From a virus, in the IMG/VR virus record IMGVR_UViG_3300021440_000014, positions 96,001 through 160,000 of that record: 64,000 bases of DNA; one strand, given 5' to 3'. The stretch's first letter is position 1. Every line of letters starts with the position of its first letter. The position numbers and the translations under genes were made by a program. This document shows, in pieces, positions 54,204 to 63,822 of the stretch. Under the pieces are notes generated by a model that was not told the origin of the DNA, made no database searches, and worked only from the letters and a program-made list of their open reading frames with translations.

Positions 54204-55205
54204 TTATTTCATTAAAATAAACTTTGTTCCAGCGATAAGCTTTCTATTCGTTGACGTAGACTGTAGAAAGATATCATATTTATTGTTTGTGGCGGGATCT
54301 ACTTGAACTTCATGATCTGGTAATCCAAGCAATTGTCTTGCTTCCGCGCCCGCATAAACCTTGCCATTAAGTTTGTCCTGTAAGCAAACCTGCTTATATC
54401 CTTGAACCTTTTCTTTCTTTGTCAATTGATAGAATCCGCTTCCAATTCTATAGGTTTCTTTTGGATTCCAGCTTTCAACGAAATCCTTGATAGGCTTGTC
54501 CTTATGAACAGAGTAAACACTATAATCGCTAGGATTAAGCTCTACAAGAGTAGATTTAACCGTGCTACTATTTAACGCCGCTGTATCAAGTTGGAAAAGA
54601 TTTTTCGTAGATCTTAATCCTTTTGATCTAGAAGTCATAAAAGTGGACGTAACCGTATTTATTTTTTTGCTTGCCTCTTCCAGACCTCTAGAAGAAGTCT
54701 CCCAAATTTGAATGTTTCCAACTGGAAAACCAAATTTTTTACATTCGTGAACTCCATTTTGGTTTGGAACTAAAACAGCCACAGTGTAGTTCTCTGGAAG
54801 TGAATTAATCGTCTCTTTCAGCTTTTTAGCTAAATGGCTATTGATGTTATTCTCTCCATCGGTTTGAACTATAATTAAATTGCTATGATCTCCATATAAT
54901 TCGGGATTCTTTTTAAGATCCTCTATAGACTTATAGACTGCATCAATTAATGCAGTCATCCCCCTTGGCTCATAGTGATCTTTTATACTAGGCAGTCTGC
55001 ATACATCTTGATCGTATAACAAACACTTTACTGAATCAGAGAAAACGTAAATAGAAACTCTTGTTTCTTGATCTAATTCTATAGATCTTTGCTTAAGGTG
55101 TTCTATTTGTCTGTCAAATGCTAAAATAGTTTCTTTTTTAAAAATCGACATAGAAGAACTTGCATCTAACACGAAAGAGATATGGTTTATATATTTTTGT
55201 ATCAT
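54204..55205 (-). CDS. von Willebrand A (vWA) domain protein
   Basis: VLDASSSM (MIDAS DxSxS), GMTALIDA, TDGENN. Confidence 0.85.
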   Translation of the reverse strand: MIQKYINHISFVLDASSSMSIFKKETILAFDRQIEHLKQRSIELDQETRVSIYVFSDSVKCLLYDQDVCRLPSIKDHYEPRGMTALIDAVYKSIEDLKKNPELYGDHSNLIIVQTDGENNINSHLAKKLKETINSLPENYTVAVLVPNQNGVHECKKFGFPVGNIQIWETSSRGLEEASKKINTVTSTFMTSRSKGLRSTKNLFQLDTAALNSSTVKSTLVELNPSDYSVYSVHKDKPIKDFVESWNPKETYRIGSGFYQLTKKEKVQGYKQVCLQDKLNGKVYAGAEARQLLGLPDHEVQVDPATNNKYDIFLQSTSTNRKLIAGTKFILMK

Positions 55206-55287
55206 ATATATATAATATAATCTGTTCTTTTTGAAAAATCAAGCAAATATCGTCAATCCTTCTAATTATGTGTAATATAATATTGAA

Positions 55288-56247
55288 ATGAAAAAAGAAA
55301 AAATATGTAAAAAATGCAATAATAATTTTATTATTAATTTCAAAATAAATGACAAAAATATATGTCTCTCTAACCGAAGTTTTTGCTTATTATGTAAACC
55401 TAAAAGACAAAAAATATCGAAAGATGCTATAGAAAATATAATAAAAGAATATAATTTAATTGGAGCAGAAGAATGCCAAAAGAAATTTAAAATATCAAAA
55501 AATCAAATTACATATATTGCTTCTAAATATAAATTAAAATTAAATCCAAAAACTCATAGTAAAATAAAATCTAAAAGTAAAATAGAGATAGATCCTTTTA
55601 AATACAAAGTTAATCATCTTTCATTCAGTAATATAAATAATTCAATATGCGCTTATATATTAGGGCTAATTTGGACAGATGGACATATTAATTCAAGAAA
55701 TAACTCGATTATATTTTCAACCACATATCCTGATTCCGAATATTTTTCTAAAGAATTCTTAAAAACAGGTTCATGGAACATTTATAGATATAAGTCTAAT
55801 AAAAATCACAAAGATAAAATATCAATAATAACTACTAATAAATTCCTAAAAGAAACATTAGTATCTTTGGGTTTTTTAGAAAAAATAAAAGGGTTAGAAA
55901 AAGTTTATGAACATATACCAGAAAATCTAAAACATTATTTTATTCGGGGGCTAATAGATGGAGACGGATGCTTTTATGTTAATAAAAAGAAATCGATTTA
56001 TCGTTTTTCTCTATGCTCCTGTTTAAATCAAAACTGGAACTGCATACAAAAACTACTAGATTCACTTAGCATAAAGTATAAAATAGAAAACTCTACTACA
56101 AAAAATGGATCTTATAGCAAAATACATATTAGTGGCATACCTAATGTAAAAAAATTTGGCGACTTCGTTTATAGAAATCGCCAAGATGACTTTATTGGAT
56201 TAGATCGTAAATATAAAAAATATTTAGAAGTTCAATTTAAAACCTAA
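55288..56247 (+). CDS. LAGLIDADG homing endonuclease (two motifs)
   Basis: YILGLIWTDG and FIRGLIDGDG, C-terminal LDRK. Confidence 0.85.
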   Translation: MKKEKICKKCNNNFIINFKINDKNICLSNRSFCLLCKPKRQKISKDAIENIIKEYNLIGAEECQKKFKISKNQITYIASKYKLKLNPKTHSKIKSKSKIEIDPFKYKVNHLSFSNINNSICAYILGLIWTDGHINSRNNSIIFSTTYPDSEYFSKEFLKTGSWNIYRYKSNKNHKDKISIITTNKFLKETLVSLGFLEKIKGLEKVYEHIPENLKHYFIRGLIDGDGCFYVNKKKSIYRFSLCSCLNQNWNCIQKLLDSLSIKYKIENSTTKNGSYSKIHISGIPNVKKFGDFVYRNRQDDFIGLDRKYKKYLEVQFKT

Positions 56248-57817
56248 CATTCGCATATCTCTCCGAAGAAAGGATCTTAACCATTTCGTCGTAAGGATTC
56301 GTGATTTTTCCGCCAAGAATGAACTTTATAGTGCTTGGCGAACTTCCGCTGACAAGCATCACTCCGTCCTCATTCATCTTAGCAGGACTATTATCTTCTC
56401 TCGCGTTAAGATTCCAGAAGATTATTTCTGGCATTTTATACTTCGCGGCCTTATATTTAGACTTAATAACCTCAAGGTTAGTAAGCTTATTAGACTTGCA
56501 AGCTGTATTGAATTCCATGTCAGAAAAGACAATAAGCTTCTTAGGCATATCGGACTGCTTCACTTTTCTTGCTTTGGCGGACTCAAGAATTAACTCAAAT
56601 GCCGCTTGCAAATTAGTGCTTCCACCCCAAGATGCTTTTCTGATATTATTAATCTTTTCGTATACTGTGCTTCCGTTAACAGTCTGCAATTTAGGACTCT
56701 CTTCAAAGGTTATAAACCAATTTTTGAATGGACCGTTATTTCTTTCTGAAACGTAAAGACCCAATCCAATTGAAGAATACATAGGAGGAACACTTGCTCC
56801 ACCGCTTAACATCGAGCTTGACACGTCAATCAATGGAATCATTGAACACTCACTTCCCTCAAAGAAATCAGGCAAATTATTCCACATAACATCAACTGAT
56901 GAAGTTGCATCTCCACTTAGAACGCTTCTAACTATGTCGTAAGGATAAAGTCCAGAAGTATTGATTTTAACTTCTCCCTTAGCCGCCTTATCTAAGAAGG
57001 CTGCATATCTCTCGTTGTCATTACGAGCAAAAGCCTTTCTATAAAGAAAACCGGCTCTGGAAGGAATCTTATCGTAACTAATAGAACTCCAGTCCTTTTT
57101 GCACATGGCCTGCTCTACAAGAGAAATTTTCTTTCTGAGAAAAGACAAAATCCTACGATAGTTTCTCTCTGAAAGACTCATGAAAGAGGCAAACTTTAGC
57201 CCCATCTTTCGGCTCTCAAGCGAAGAGGCATTGGTCGAAGGCATCCATTTGGCAATAAGCGATGGATTCTCACTGCTGAGATCCGCGTGAAGCTTGTTGT
57301 TGATAAATGTCATCATCTGCTTCTCACACTGCGTTCCAACTAACTCAAAGAGATCGTCAGTTCTTCCATAAAAAAGAATATTCTCAAAGTTGGCTGTAAC
57401 CACATTAGGATAGTTGGAGGCAAGCCATCTTAGGCAAGTTCTAAATGTCTTTCTTTCGCCTTGCCCGCCACGTATATCTCTAATATAAAAAAGAGCCTTC
57501 ATAGCAAGGTCGCTATTTTCGAACAATGCCTTTTTAAAGGCGTCCACAACTACGGCTTCAGTTTGAGATCTAAACGCTCCAGCCTTGGAAAAGAAATCCA
57601 AGACCTTATCTCCAGTAGACTTGTTAGTAAGTGCTCCATTAGCAGTAAAAACCTTAGCCTTGGAAGTATCCTCTAAAACCATCGCTTTGAGCAATGGATT
57701 AATATTACTAGAAGGTAGTGCGTTGGCTTTGAAAGAAGCTTGGCTTACGCTCTTTGAGTCTGAAACCTTCTTCTTCGCCTTTGGTAGCTTATTTAACTGT
57801 TCGTTAATGTTTTTCAT
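56237..57817 (-). CDS. DUF2828-family protein (Ro60/TROVE-like helical domain + vWA)
   Basis: TxNGA..STG..LDFF, RDIRGGQGER, AKWMP, IDVSSSM, WGGSTNL, FSDMEF, IFWNL, VSG.S. Confidence 0.85.
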   Translation of the reverse strand: MKNINEQLNKLPKAKKKVSDSKSVSQASFKANALPSSNINPLLKAMVLEDTSKAKVFTANGALTNKSTGDKVLDFFSKAGAFRSQTEAVVVDAFKKALFENSDLAMKALFYIRDIRGGQGERKTFRTCLRWLASNYPNVVTANFENILFYGRTDDLFELVGTQCEKQMMTFINNKLHADLSSENPSLIAKWMPSTNASSLESRKMGLKFASFMSLSERNYRRILSFLRKKISLVEQAMCKKDWSSISYDKIPSRAGFLYRKAFARNDNERYAAFLDKAAKGEVKINTSGLYPYDIVRSVLSGDATSSVDVMWNNLPDFFEGSECSMIPLIDVSSSMLSGGASVPPMYSSIGLGLYVSERNNGPFKNWFITFEESPKLQTVNGSTVYEKINNIRKASWGGSTNLQAAFELILESAKARKVKQSDMPKKLIVFSDMEFNTACKSNKLTNLEVIKSKYKAAKYKMPEIIFWNLNAREDNSPAKMNEDGVMLVSGSSPSTIKFILGGKITNPYDEMVKILSSERYANVRF

Positions 57818-57851
57818 AGTATTAATATGTTAGTATATTTTTTATGATTTG

Positions 57852-58160
57852 TCAAATTTTTTCTAGAATTTTCATTTCTTTAGCCAAATACCACATACCC
57901 CCCTGATACTTTGGTTTCTGCAAACTTTCAAAATTCCTTATCTTAACCTTATACCAATGTCTGTCTCTTTCTGACAAATGCGGGGCTACAGGACTTTTTA
58001 CTGTATGCCACCCATTTCTTACCTTGAACCCTTCGGTTGGATGTTTCTTGGATTTTATCCATTTATTTTTAGTTAATTTAGCTTTTCTATTAATAAAAAT
58101 AGAACCTAAAGTTCCATCTTTTCTTTCTCTAAAAAGTTTATAAACTATTTTAGTTTTCAT
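57852..58160 (-). CDS. hypothetical conserved phage protein
   Basis: YKLFR..KDG, RxGWH, APHL, QGG.W.LA. Confidence 0.75.
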   Translation of the reverse strand: MKTKIVYKLFRERKDGTLGSIFINRKAKLTKNKWIKSKKHPTEGFKVRNGWHTVKSPVAPHLSERDRHWYKVKIRNFESLQKPKYQGGMWYLAKEMKILEKI

Positions 58161-58211
58161 CTTCTATAAATAAATCTGGAATTTTATTTTTACTTAAAAT
58201 AGATCTAGTAA

Positions 58212-58598
58212 TTATTCTATTTCTAGTTTTCCATTTTCAATTTTAATTCTGATACTCTCAGAATACCCGCCAAATATATTTTCATAAAAATCTAAAACGT
58301 CAAAATCTTCGAATAATTTAACTAATCCTTCTCTGGCTTCTTTTATCTCTTTAGATACATTTTTCTCGTATCCAGAAAATTCACCTTCATCACCATATTC
58401 GACTACTAGATCATCGTAATACAAACCGAAATACGTTGCGTCTCCATCATTGAACTCATGATTATTTATATTAATTCTTACTGAATTTATAATAGAGTTA
58501 GACTTTAGATACTCTTTTAAAGTTTCTCTAAACTTAGACTCCATCTCCTTGAGAAGGGAGTTGATTTCTTTCTGCAATTGTAGTATTTTTTCTTTCAT
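58212..58598 (-). CDS. hypothetical protein
   Basis: 128 aa, FNDGD motif. Confidence 0.7.
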   Translation of the reverse strand: MKEKILQLQKEINSLLKEMESKFRETLKEYLKSNSIINSVRININNHEFNDGDATYFGLYYDDLVVEYGDEGEFSGYEKNVSKEIKEAREGLVKLFEDFDVLDFYENIFGGYSESIRIKIENGKLEIE

Positions 58599-58601
58599 AA
58601 A

Positions 58602-59081
58602 TTAATCTAGTTTTACGTCTCTAACAAATCTAAGTTCGTCTAAATTAGGTTTTCCGATGAATCCGACAGAAGATCCATCAACTGTGACATTTTCTGTGTT
58701 AAACTTAGACTTTCTTTTTTCTTCTATTTTCTTATAAGAATTTGGAATTCCGGTCCTTCCATTACTCATCCACTCTTGATATTCCATTCCTTCTAAATAG
58801 TCTTGAGGAGTGGGTATAAATTTATTGCCGAAATCTTCTAATACGTGCTGCTCGCCAATATCGCGAACTGAGACTTTTATGCCATCGCTATTAGTAATAG
58901 TATCGCCAAAAACTTGGGCACACAAAAAAATCCCAAAAGAAGAATGCAAAATTGCGCGATGCCTATTATCTGGAACAAATGCTTTCGTTTGATCGAACCA
59001 TTGGTGGATTTTAAGATAGTCTTCTGGCTTTCCCTTGAATCTTTTGGCTGAACTTACTGCATGAATATGAGGTTTTGACAT
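58602..59081 (-). CDS. DUF6915-like protein
   Basis: HAxSSA, EDYxxIHxWFD, HRAxxH, VRxIGEQHVxED. Confidence 0.75.
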   Translation of the reverse strand: MSKPHIHAVSSAKRFKGKPEDYLKIHQWFDQTKAFVPDNRHRAILHSSFGIFLCAQVFGDTITNSDGIKVSVRDIGEQHVLEDFGNKFIPTPQDYLEGMEYQEWMSNGRTGIPNSYKKIEEKRKSKFNTENVTVDGSSVGFIGKPNLDELRFVRDVKLD

Positions 59082-59088
59082 AAATTAA

Positions 59089-59697
59089 TTAAAAAGGAAG
59101 TTCTTCTCCACTAGAAAACTCGTCGATTTTTATAACATTTTCAGAATTTATTTTAACAAAACTGTAAACGTCTTTAAATCTTATAGTGAGAATTATTTTT
59201 GTTTTTTCGTTTAGTAGAACTGGAGGCTCCGCGTCTTCTCCTGAATAATAATAACCGTTATCTCTTTTGCCTATTTTATGATATTTTTTATCTGACACTG
59301 TTCCTTCGATATTCAGTAAATTTGGAGAATCTTCTTCGAAGATTTGGCGAATATTTCCTCCCCACTTTTTCTTTTTCAATATATGAAAAGCAAGGGCGTC
59401 TTTTATTTCTTCTTTAGTTTCTTCTATCCTTCCAGTATCTCTAAAATCAAAATGAAGCAATTTTCCTTCTTCTGGGGTTTCCCGCGTCGCCCCCAAAATA
59501 AAGCTATAAATTTCTGCATCTATTCCATTAAGAAACTCATCTTTAACTATTTGCTTATTAAGCGGGTAGCCACACCTGACGAATATCTTAGGTATAACAA
59601 TTTTTACTTTGTCACCAACCCTAATGACATCTTTTTTATTTTTTCTTGTTCTCATAGTTTTCAATTTCCATACTGAACCACAACGGTAAAAGCCCAA
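59089..59697 (-). CDS. hypothetical protein
   Basis: ~190-200 aa; start probably MRTRKN. Confidence 0.7.
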   Translation of the reverse strand: MGFYRCGSVWKLKTMRTRKNKKDVIRVGDKVKIVIPKIFVRCGYPLNKQIVKDEFLNGIDAEIYSFILGATRETPEEGKLLHFDFRDTGRIEETKEEIKDALAFHILKKKKWGGNIRQIFEEDSPNLLNIEGTVSDKKYHKIGKRDNGYYYSGEDAEPPVLLNEKTKIILTIRFKDVYSFVKINSENVIKIDEFSSGEELPF

Positions 59698-59819
59698 GAC
59701 CGAATATATACCAATAAAAAGCTTCCAGATATGAAATATGATAATTAACTATATCACTTTTTGAATTTAAGTAAATCCAAATAAATCTATATAATGAAAA
59801 AAGCACTAAAAATCTTATT

Positions 59820-60128
59820 CTATACATGATTTTCAGTAATTCCGTATTTATGCTCTATATTTTTTAAAGCGTCTTTCAGACGTTCCCAATTAGTTGTTCT
59901 AGTAAGAAAAGTAGCCCGCTGTTCTATATCTGTTTTCAGAAGGCTCACTGAATTTAATAATCGTATTAAATCAGAATTATTTTTAATATTTTCCAAAACT
60001 ATATCATTTATTATTTCTTCAGTGAATTTAATTAATTTTAAATTAAGAGTATTTTCGCAAGAAAGATTGTAGCTATAACATATATCCATTGTTTGTTTTT
60101 TAACTAAATTTTCTAGTCGTTTTGTCAT
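59820..60128 (-). CDS. hypothetical protein
   Basis: 102-aa ORF. Confidence 0.6.
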   Translation of the reverse strand: MTKRLENLVKKQTMDICYSYNLSCENTLNLKLIKFTEEIINDIVLENIKNNSDLIRLLNSVSLLKTDIEQRATFLTRTTNWERLKDALKNIEHKYGITENHV

Positions 60129-60250
60129 ATTTTGTGTAAATTATTTTAGCGTATAGTAGAGATATTAACATTTTTTTCGCCTTTGTCAAGGTAGAACCTT
60201 GTATTTGGAATCCCTCCGACTATACGCGCAAGGGCGATTTTTTATTTATT

Positions 60251-60880
60251 ATGAAACAAAATTGGACCAAAGAGCATTTGGAATTTTTAATAAAAAATTT
60301 CCCGGCAAACGGAACTAAATATTGCTCTAAATTTTTGCCATTCACTAACAGAGAGATCAGCATTAAAGCGGATCAGATGAAGATAAAAAGAATAAAAATT
60401 TGTAGAAATGATCCTCATGGATATAAAACCTGTGAAAAATGCTATAAAACACTAGCGTATAATTTTTATAAAAAAGCAAAATACGGGATATATGGTTTAT
60501 GTAATATTTGCAAACCTTGCTTTAATAAACACGAACAAAACAGAAAAAGAACTGATTTAAACTATTCTATCTTAAGTAGATTGCGAAGGAGACAAGGCAA
60601 GTTCTTAAGGAGACTTAAATTAATTAGAAAATCATCTTCTTTAAAATATTTGGGATGCTCAAAAGAGCGTTTTATGGAATATTTTCAATCTAAATTCAGA
60701 GAAAAAATGAGTTGGGAAGAGTATTTTAAAGGAAATATACATTTAGATCATATTAGACCATTAATTTCCTTCGATTTAACCAAAGAAAAAGACAGGAAAG
60801 AAGCTTTTCATTATACTAATCTTCAACCTTTATGGGCTAAAGAAAACCTAGCTAAAAGCGATAAATATTATAACCAATAA
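60251..60880 (+). CDS. HNH-family homing endonuclease
   Basis: CxxC x2, LGCS, HLDHIRP, FHYTNLQPLWAxENLxK. Confidence 0.85.
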   Translation: MKQNWTKEHLEFLIKNFPANGTKYCSKFLPFTNREISIKADQMKIKRIKICRNDPHGYKTCEKCYKTLAYNFYKKAKYGIYGLCNICKPCFNKHEQNRKRTDLNYSILSRLRRRQGKFLRRLKLIRKSSSLKYLGCSKERFMEYFQSKFREKMSWEEYFKGNIHLDHIRPLISFDLTKEKDRKEAFHYTNLQPLWAKENLAKSDKYYNQ

Positions 60881-61458
60881 ATTCCCGTATGCTCACTACC
60901 CCAATACATCCAACAATATTCAGTAGAATCACTACTTCCAGAAGTAATTTTGCCATTACAATTCGGGCAACATTTAGGTTTAGGTAATTCAATTGGTATT
61001 AATTGCTTAAATCCGCAGTGTTTTTTATTCTGGCATTTAATAGATCTAACAAAATTAGGTCTTTCGCTTAATATAAATAAAGCATTAGGCGGATTTTTGC
61101 GCCACCATTCTCGACGCTCTTGAGAGCCTAAGAAATTTAAACGCACAAGCATATAGACTTCCTCCGATAAATCCAAAGCATGAGTTATAAAAGCTTTAGC
61201 AATAGAAAATGGAGGATTTGTCAAAATCACATCTCTTTTAGTTTTATCTTTTAAAAAATCGTAGCCATAGCTTAAATCGTTTCCATTTGACTTTAACCCA
61301 TATTCATTCATTCTTTTAACTAATCTTAGATCCCCGCACGCAGGTTCCCATATTTCTTTTCCTTTTGGAAGATACGGAAGTAATGGATTAAAAGACTTTA
61401 ACGGCGTAAAGTACGCATCTTGACTTATTTTAGTTGTTCCTCGTCCTGTTGATGACAT
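60868..61458 (-). CDS. DNA amino-methyltransferase (probably N6-adenine)
   Basis: DxYxTP, WEPACG, TNPPF. Confidence 0.8.
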   Translation of the reverse strand: MSSTGRGTTKISQDAYFTPLKSFNPLLPYLPKGKEIWEPACGDLRLVKRMNEYGLKSNGNDLSYGYDFLKDKTKRDVILTNPPFSIAKAFITHALDLSEEVYMLVRLNFLGSQERREWWRKNPPNALFILSERPNFVRSIKCQNKKHCGFKQLIPIELPKPKCCPNCNGKITSGSSDSTEYCWMYWGSEHTGIYWL

Positions 61459-61823
61459 ATATTATAGATATTACCAACTATTTTTAAAGAGTCAATTCTA
61501 AAATTTAAATCATTCGCAGCAAACGATCTTCCTCTATCAAAATAAAAAATTCCCTCCGCAAAGAAAACCTCTCCCCTATCCGTTTCTATTCCATTTTCGC
61601 CTGAATCGAATTGATATTCTACAATATCTCCCTCATATATTTCATTACCGTTCTTATCATTTATACTTGTATACTGTTGTAAAACATAATTATCTCTTAA
61701 TTTTACTCCCGTTTCATAGTATAGATTTCCAAAATTATCAGTTTGAAGCCAATACATATTGGCGCATGGTTTATAATGGGTCTTAAACTGTTTGTCCCAA
61801 ATCCTAAATTTAATTTTTCTCAT
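61425..61823 (-). CDS. YopX family protein
   Basis: IKFRxWD, QYT..DKNGxEIYEGDIV, GNIY. Confidence 0.9.
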   Translation of the reverse strand: MRKIKFRIWDKQFKTHYKPCANMYWLQTDNFGNLYYETGVKLRDNYVLQQYTSINDKNGNEIYEGDIVEYQFDSGENGIETDRGEVFFAEGIFYFDRGRSFAANDLNFRIDSLKIVGNIYNICHQQDEEQLK

Positions 61824-62157
61824 TGTTTTCTTGCCTAATCGCTTCAGCTAATAAAACCAATGCATTTCTTACTTTTAGACTCTTGCCGCCTCCAAAATAA
61901 CTTCTAAACCGAAGAGGCTTGGATTCGTCTATGGATATATAAACATCTCCCATTACATCTATAGAAATGTATAAATTACCGTCATCTTCTCCATCAGTAT
62001 CGTCATGTTGAATAGACAAGCATTGATTTGCATTTAAATTTTCGGGCCAAAATGCGCTATTTAATACTTTGTCAATATCTTTTTGTTTTATCATCTTACT
62101 GTTTTCTCCTAATTCTTTCCAGAAATCTAGAATACCATTTTCCATCTCTAGTTCCAC
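61810..62157 (-). CDS. hypothetical protein
   Basis: HDDTDG, FR..GGG.S..RNAL..LAxA. Confidence 0.7.
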   Translation of the reverse strand: MELEMENGILDFWKELGENSKMIKQKDIDKVLNSAFWPENLNANQCLSIQHDDTDGEDDGNLYISIDVMGDVYISIDESKPLRFRSYFGGGKSLKVRNALVLLAEAIRQENNEKN

Positions 62158-62279
62158 CGGGGTATAGGATATTATTTCTACAAGTGCGACACATTAGAAC
62201 ACCAGAATGTCTAGGATCAGAGCTAGTCATTAATCTTATCATGAATTTTTCCGAGAAAATCCTACCGCATTTGGTGCAT

Positions 62280-62540
62280 TCAGTCTTTTTTGCGAATATC
62301 ATATTTAATTTTCTTTTCAAAAATTAATTCATCGAAAGTATTGTCTTCTTTGCTTTTAAATACTGAAATAGTTAACGCTTTTGCGCCAAGCCTAAGCGAA
62401 ACAGCTACCTCGTTCCCTTCGTCTATTAAATCTAATATGTTTTTATCCTCACTCTGCTCAAAATCATTGTCAAGACTCCATCCCGGCAATTTTTCGATTT
62501 TTAACTTATCGTAGCCCCTAATTTTAATTACTTTTTTCAT
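62280..62540 (-). CDS. hypothetical protein
   Basis: 86-aa ORF coupled to the helicase gene. Confidence 0.6.
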   Translation of the reverse strand: MKKVIKIRGYDKLKIEKLPGWSLDNDFEQSEDKNILDLIDEGNEVAVSLRLGAKALTISVFKSKEDNTFDELIFEKKIKYDIRKKD

Positions 62541-63822
62541 AAAAATTCAAACATTCTTTATTAACAATAATTTTATCTTTAGAGAATGGTTTAACGGAAA
62601 GACTCTCTAAATTTCTTACTCTAGACAACGCTACGTATACCTGACCAGTAGCGAAAGCTTCATTCAAATCAAGCTCGACTCTGTCTAACGTAGATCCCTG
62701 ACATTTATGAACAGTAGAGGCCCATGCTAATTTCAAAGGAATTTGTTCTCTAGTAGCTATTTTTTTATAGAATGTTTTCTTGTCAAAACCTATCGCTTGC
62801 TCCTTTATGCTCCACTCATCTATTTCTACAATAGCTTTTCCAGCCGAAAATTTTACTTCAACTCCTGCCGTGCAAAAAGATTCTACTTTACCTATCGAAC
62901 CATTAACTAACCCCCTATCTAAGTCTATATTCTTTAAAAGCATTACTTGGGCACCCTTTTTCAGTTCTAAAATCTTTGGCGCGGGACAATTCCTATCAAA
63001 AAACTTTATATGATGTTCACTGCCATTGTCAATCGAGTGAAAATGCCTTGACTCTTCTTTAATTTTCAAAAGCTCTTGCTTGTTAAATGTATCAACGTCA
63101 ACATTTTTGCAATAAATTTTTATAGGTTGAATTCCGTCGTTTGGGAATTTCGCGTCTACCCTAGACTGTAATACAGATAGAGAATCTGTCTTTCCGAGTC
63201 TTATATCGTTTAGCATTCTCGCGAAATCGGAACTGTTATCTTGCCTCATTACGGTTTTAAGAACAACGTTCTTAATTTTGGCATTCTTCCATGAAGAGGA
63301 CTCAAAACAAAAACCTTTCTGATTGACAGTTTTGAAAACTGGAGGAAGCTGCAAGAAATCTCCAACAAAAATCATTTGCATCCCGCCGAATGGAGACATG
63401 TCGAATCGAAAATACTGCAACACTTCATTTAGTTTGTCTAAGAAATCGGCGGATAGCATAGATATTTCATCTATAATAAGGATTTTTGAATCTCTTATCC
63501 TTGCCCGAGCCTTCTTATTTCTATTAACGGAATTATTGATTATTGAATCTACGCTTTCATCTGCAAGACCCATTCCAGCCCAAGAATGGATAGTTAAACC
63601 GTCTACGTTAAGCGCGGCTACTCCCGTAGAAGCGGCGATTCCATAAGGAATTCCTTCTTGGTTTAAAAAGTCCTTCAATATTTTAGTGCAAAAACTTTTA
63701 CCGCTCCCTGCCTCTCCAGTAAGAAATATATTATTACCAGCAGCTACTTCTTTAAAGAAAGCCATTTGCTCTTTATTTAAAGAGCTTGAAAGGCTGCTCT
63801 TTTCAAAATTTTTATAATTCAT
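62524..63822 (-). CDS. Pif1-family SF1B DNA helicase
   Basis: GEAGSGKS, IIDEISML, GDFLQLPPV, QVMLLKN, QIPLKLAWAxTVHKxQG, GQVYVALSR. Confidence 0.92.
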   Translation of the reverse strand: MNYKNFEKSSLSSSLNKEQMAFFKEVAAGNNIFLTGEAGSGKSFCTKILKDFLNQEGIPYGIAASTGVAALNVDGLTIHSWAGMGLADESVDSIINNSVNRNKKARARIRDSKILIIDEISMLSADFLDKLNEVLQYFRFDMSPFGGMQMIFVGDFLQLPPVFKTVNQKGFCFESSSWKNAKIKNVVLKTVMRQDNSSDFARMLNDIRLGKTDSLSVLQSRVDAKFPNDGIQPIKIYCKNVDVDTFNKQELLKIKEESRHFHSIDNGSEHHIKFFDRNCPAPKILELKKGAQVMLLKNIDLDRGLVNGSIGKVESFCTAGVEVKFSAGKAIVEIDEWSIKEQAIGFDKKTFYKKIATREQIPLKLAWASTVHKCQGSTLDRVELDLNEAFATGQVYVALSRVRNLESLSVKPFSKDKIIVNKECLNFYEKSN

